Part shown: positions 61,387-64,000 of the stretch, one piece after another
Layout: every line of letters starts with the position of its first letter
Numbering within the stretch: the first letter of the stretch is position 1
NCBI GenBank assembly: GCA_048268245.1
Contig: JBLWVX010000005.1
Span: 10,186 to 74,185 of the forward strand
Length of the DNA stretch: 64,000 nt
Reading direction: 5' to 3'
Source of the DNA: Arcobacteraceae bacterium
GTDB lineage: Bacteria; Campylobacterota; Campylobacteria; Campylobacterales; Arcobacteraceae
The notes under the pieces: model-generated
The model's database searches: none
Told to the model about the DNA's origin: nothing
Seen by the model: only the letters and a program-made list of their open reading frames with translations
Made by a program: the position numbers and the translations under genes

Positions 61387-63078
61387 ATGAGTATTGGTTT
61401 ACAAGCATTTTTTGCTGCATTACCTATATTTTTAGCTGGTATTTTACTAGTAGGTTTAAGGGTTTCTGCTAAAAAAGCAATGCCTTTAGTTTATATTGCA
61501 ACAGTTGGTGTTGCATTTGTTGTGTGGGAAGTTTCTTTCAATAGAGTTATGGCTTCAACTATTCAAGGTCTACTTATAACAGTTGCTGTTTTATGGATTA
61601 TTTTTGGTGCGATTTTACTTTTAAATACACTAAAACATTCAGGTGCGATTGCTGTAATTAGACAAGGTTTCAACAATATTAGTCCAGATAGAAGACTTCA
61701 AGTGATTATTATTGCTTGGTTATTTGGCTCATTCATTGAAGGTGCTTCTGGATTTGGTACACCTGCTGCTATTGCTGCACCACTTTTAGTTGCGATTGGT
61801 TTCCCTGCTATGGCTGCTGTAATGGTTGGTATGATGATTCAAAGTACACCTGTATCTTTTGGTGCAGTTGGAACGCCTATTTTAATAGGGGTAAATAAAG
61901 GTTTAGATGCTCAAGGAATAGGGCTAACTTTAGAAACTTTAGGTTCATCTTGGGATGCTTATTTACAAATTATTACTTCTCAAGTTGCTATCACTCATGC
62001 AATAGTTGGTACTTTAATACCTTTATTTATGACAGTAATGCTAACAAGATTTTTTGGTGAAAATAAATCATGGAGTGAAGGTTTAAGTATTTTACCATTT
62101 GCTATTTTTGCTGGACTTGCATTTACTATTCCTTATGCTTTAACAGGAATTTTCTTAGGTGCGGAATTCCCATCATTAATAGGTGCATTAGTTGGACTTC
62201 CAATAGTTATGTTTGCAGCTAAAAAAGGTTTCTTAGTTCCTAAGAAAACTTGGGATTTTGCTCCTAAAGAGAAATGGCCTACATCATGGGTTTCAAAATT
62301 AGAGATTAAATTAGATGCAATGAGTGCAAAAGTTCCAATGTCTTTAACAAAAGCTTGGATTCCATACGTATTAGTTGCTGTAATTTTAGTAATCACAAGA
62401 GTTAGTGATGAAGCAAAAGCTTTTGTTAAATCTTGGGTTATTCCATTTAAAGATATTTTAGGTGAAAACTTAGCTTACTCTATTACGCCACTTTACTTAC
62501 CTGGTGGTATTTTAGTATTTGTGGTATTAGTTACTTATTTCTTACATAAAATGGAATTTAAAGAAATGAAAGAAGCTATTGGTGAGTCTTCTAAAATTAT
62601 GTTAGGTGCTGGATTTGTTCTTGTATTTACAATCCCTTTAGTTAGAGTTTTAATCAATTCAGGTGTAAATGATTCTGGTTTTGATTCAATGCCTGTAGCA
62701 ATGGCTAATTTTGTGGCTGCATCAGTTGGAGATATTTATCCATTATTCGCTCCAATGGTAGGTGCTTTAGGTGCATTTATTGCAGGAAGTAATACTGTTT
62801 CAAATATGATGTTAGCACAATATCAGTTTGGTGTAGCAGATGCTTTAGGAGTATCAACTGCGTTTATGGTTGCACTTCAAGCTGTAGGAGCAGCAGCTGG
62901 TAATATGATTGCAATTCATAATGTTGTTGCAGCAAGTGCAACTGTTGGACTTCTTGATCAAGAAGGACAAACACTAAGAAGAACAATTATTCCTACAATT
63001 TATTATTGTTTATTAGCAGGTATTATAGGACTTGTTGGTATGTATGTATTAGGTGTAGTTGATCCACTTATGAAATAA
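61387..63078 (+). CDS. lctP: L-lactate permease
   Basis: [39 protein letters not shown]. Confidence 0.92.
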   Translation: MSIGLQAFFAALPIFLAGILLVGLRVSAKKAMPLVYIATVGVAFVVWEVSFNRVMASTIQGLLITVAVLWIIFGAILLLNTLKHSGAIAVIRQGFNNISPDRRLQVIIIAWLFGSFIEGASGFGTPAAIAAPLLVAIGFPAMAAVMVGMMIQSTPVSFGAVGTPILIGVNKGLDAQGIGLTLETLGSSWDAYLQIITSQVAITHAIVGTLIPLFMTVMLTRFFGENKSWSEGLSILPFAIFAGLAFTIPYALTGIFLGAEFPSLIGALVGLPIVMFAAKKGFLVPKKTWDFAPKEKWPTSWVSKLEIKLDAMSAKVPMSLTKAWIPYVLVAVILVITRVSDEAKAFVKSWVIPFKDILGENLAYSITPLYLPGGILVFVVLVTYFLHKMEFKEMKEAIGESSKIMLGAGFVLVFTIPLVRVLINSGVNDSGFDSMPVAMANFVAASVGDIYPLFAPMVGALGAFIAGSNTVSNMMLAQYQFGVADALGVSTAFMVALQAVGAAAGNMIAIHNVVAASATVGLLDQEGQTLRRTIIPTIYYCLLAGIIGLVGMYVLGVVDPLMK

Positions 63079-63104
63079 AGAAAAGAGAATTTCTCTCTTT
63101 TCTT
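63078..63104 (+). terminator. Terminator after the lactate permease
   Basis: AAGAAAAGAGA-ATTTC-TCTCTTTTCTT stem. Confidence 0.65.
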
Positions 63105-63182
63105 AAACTACTATTTTAACCTCTTTATAACCTCTTTTTTGATAATCTAAACTATAATTTTTATACATAGGCAACTAATTTT

Positions 63183-64000
63183 ATGTTAAATAAACTTTTA
63201 GAAAAAAAAGAACTATTATTTGGTAAAAAAGAGTCATTAGAAGAACTTGTACTAAAAAAGCCTTTTAATGAAAAAAAACTTCAAAAAGCAATATATTCAT
63301 ATGAATTAGACTTAAATAATCAATATTTATTAAAACTATGTATAGAGAATAACTCTTATGAAGCTTTAACTTTTCTTGTGGAAAAAGCTGGTTTTAAAAT
63401 AGAAAAACTAGATGTAAATAAAGAGAACTTACTATTCTTAGCTATAAAAGAAAAATCCAAAGAGTGTTGTAAAGTTTTATTAGCAAATAATATAGATGTA
63501 AATCAAGCAAACATAAATAAAGTAACCCCCTTACATCTTGTAACAAAAAGTGGAATGCAAGAGATATTTGATATTATCACTGATAGAGTTGATAACCTTG
63601 AAATTGAAGATAAAGATGGAAGAAATATTCTATTTTATGCTATACAATCAAAAAAGTTTGAGATTATAAAAAAAGTATTTCAACTAACTTCTATAAAACT
63701 TAACTTTAAAGATAAGCAAGAAAATACTATCGTTCATTTAAAAGAAATTACTGCAAATCTTGAGTTATTTAAATTCTTTGTAAGTAAAGGATTAAATGTA
63801 GATAATATAAATAAGAATAATGAAGATTTTTTATATTTAAACTGTTTAGATTTAGATATCCCAGAAGAACTTTTTATATCATTTTTACAAAAAAGTAATT
63901 TAAAAGATAGAAAATATGGATTAAATGAAGAATCAATTTTGATGAGAATAGTAAAAAAAATACTCTCAATAGATATTCAAGTTTTAGAAAACAAAGGGCT
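63183..64000 (+). CDS. Ankyrin-repeat protein, 5' part (runs off window end)
   Basis: ATG at 63183; NLLFLAIK, DVNQAN..VTPLHL, EDKDGRNILFYAI, KDKQENTIVHL; open to the edge. Confidence 0.82.
   Translation, partial: MLNKLLEKKELLFGKKESLEELVLKKPFNEKKLQKAIYSYELDLNNQYLLKLCIENNSYEALTFLVEKAGFKIEKLDVNKENLLFLAIKEKSKECCKVLLANNIDVNQANINKVTPLHLVTKSGMQEIFDIITDRVDNLEIEDKDGRNILFYAIQSKKFEIIKKVFQLTSIKLNFKDKQENTIVHLKEITANLELFKFFVSKGLNVDNINKNNEDFLYLNCLDLDIPEELFISFLQKSNLKDRKYGLNEESILMRIVKKILSIDIQVLENKG

Noticed and set aside
61191..61472. 93-aa ORF upstream of the lactate permease
   Set aside because: Low-complexity AT-rich promoter DNA overlapping the lctP RBS and start in another frame
5496..62396. Other short nested ORFs in the track (e.g. 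5496-5723, 10692-10928, 17603-17869, 21429-21752, 47154-47441, 62133-62396)
   Set aside because: Fully overlap well-supported genes on the opposite strand or another frame; no protein-like features
1..64000. CRISPR array, IS elements, rRNA
   Set aside because: No regularly spaced repeats, transposase motifs or rRNA-like sequence recognised by eye; a dedicated scan would be needed to exclude short or degenerate cases

Overview
AT-rich chromosomal window from a Campylobacterota bacterium. Gene order and protein style best fit Arcobacteraceae (inference, not a database result). The core content is the S10-spc ribosomal protein operon (rpsJ..infA, 27419-38031), recO, thiL, truD, ruvA-ddl-hydrolase-murF-HIT, aspS, adk, alr, uvrC, a YgiQ radical SAM protein, lactate permease and tRNA-Pro(UGG). 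Accessory material is interspersed: (i) a lone KAP-family NTPase beside a decayed cytochrome c peroxidase/GGDEF-EAL locus; (ii) a tight three-gene operon of BRCT+repeat protein, MoxR AAA+ ATPase and vWA protein with a degenerate metallopeptidase motif (18694-22144), the best candidate for an undescribed system; (iii) a c-di-GMP-I riboswitch in front of an unannotated 40-aa hydrophobic peptide; (iv) a TetR/DinB/zinc-ribbon cluster; (v) a GIY-YIG nuclease coupled to a CI/LexA-like S24 repressor; (vi) an SRAP/HMCES-family protein with Pro instead of the catalytic Cys2. There are many chemosensory and c-di-GMP genes, three of them broken. I recognised no CRISPR array, integrase, transposase or rRNA. 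All calls rest on motif recognition by eye.
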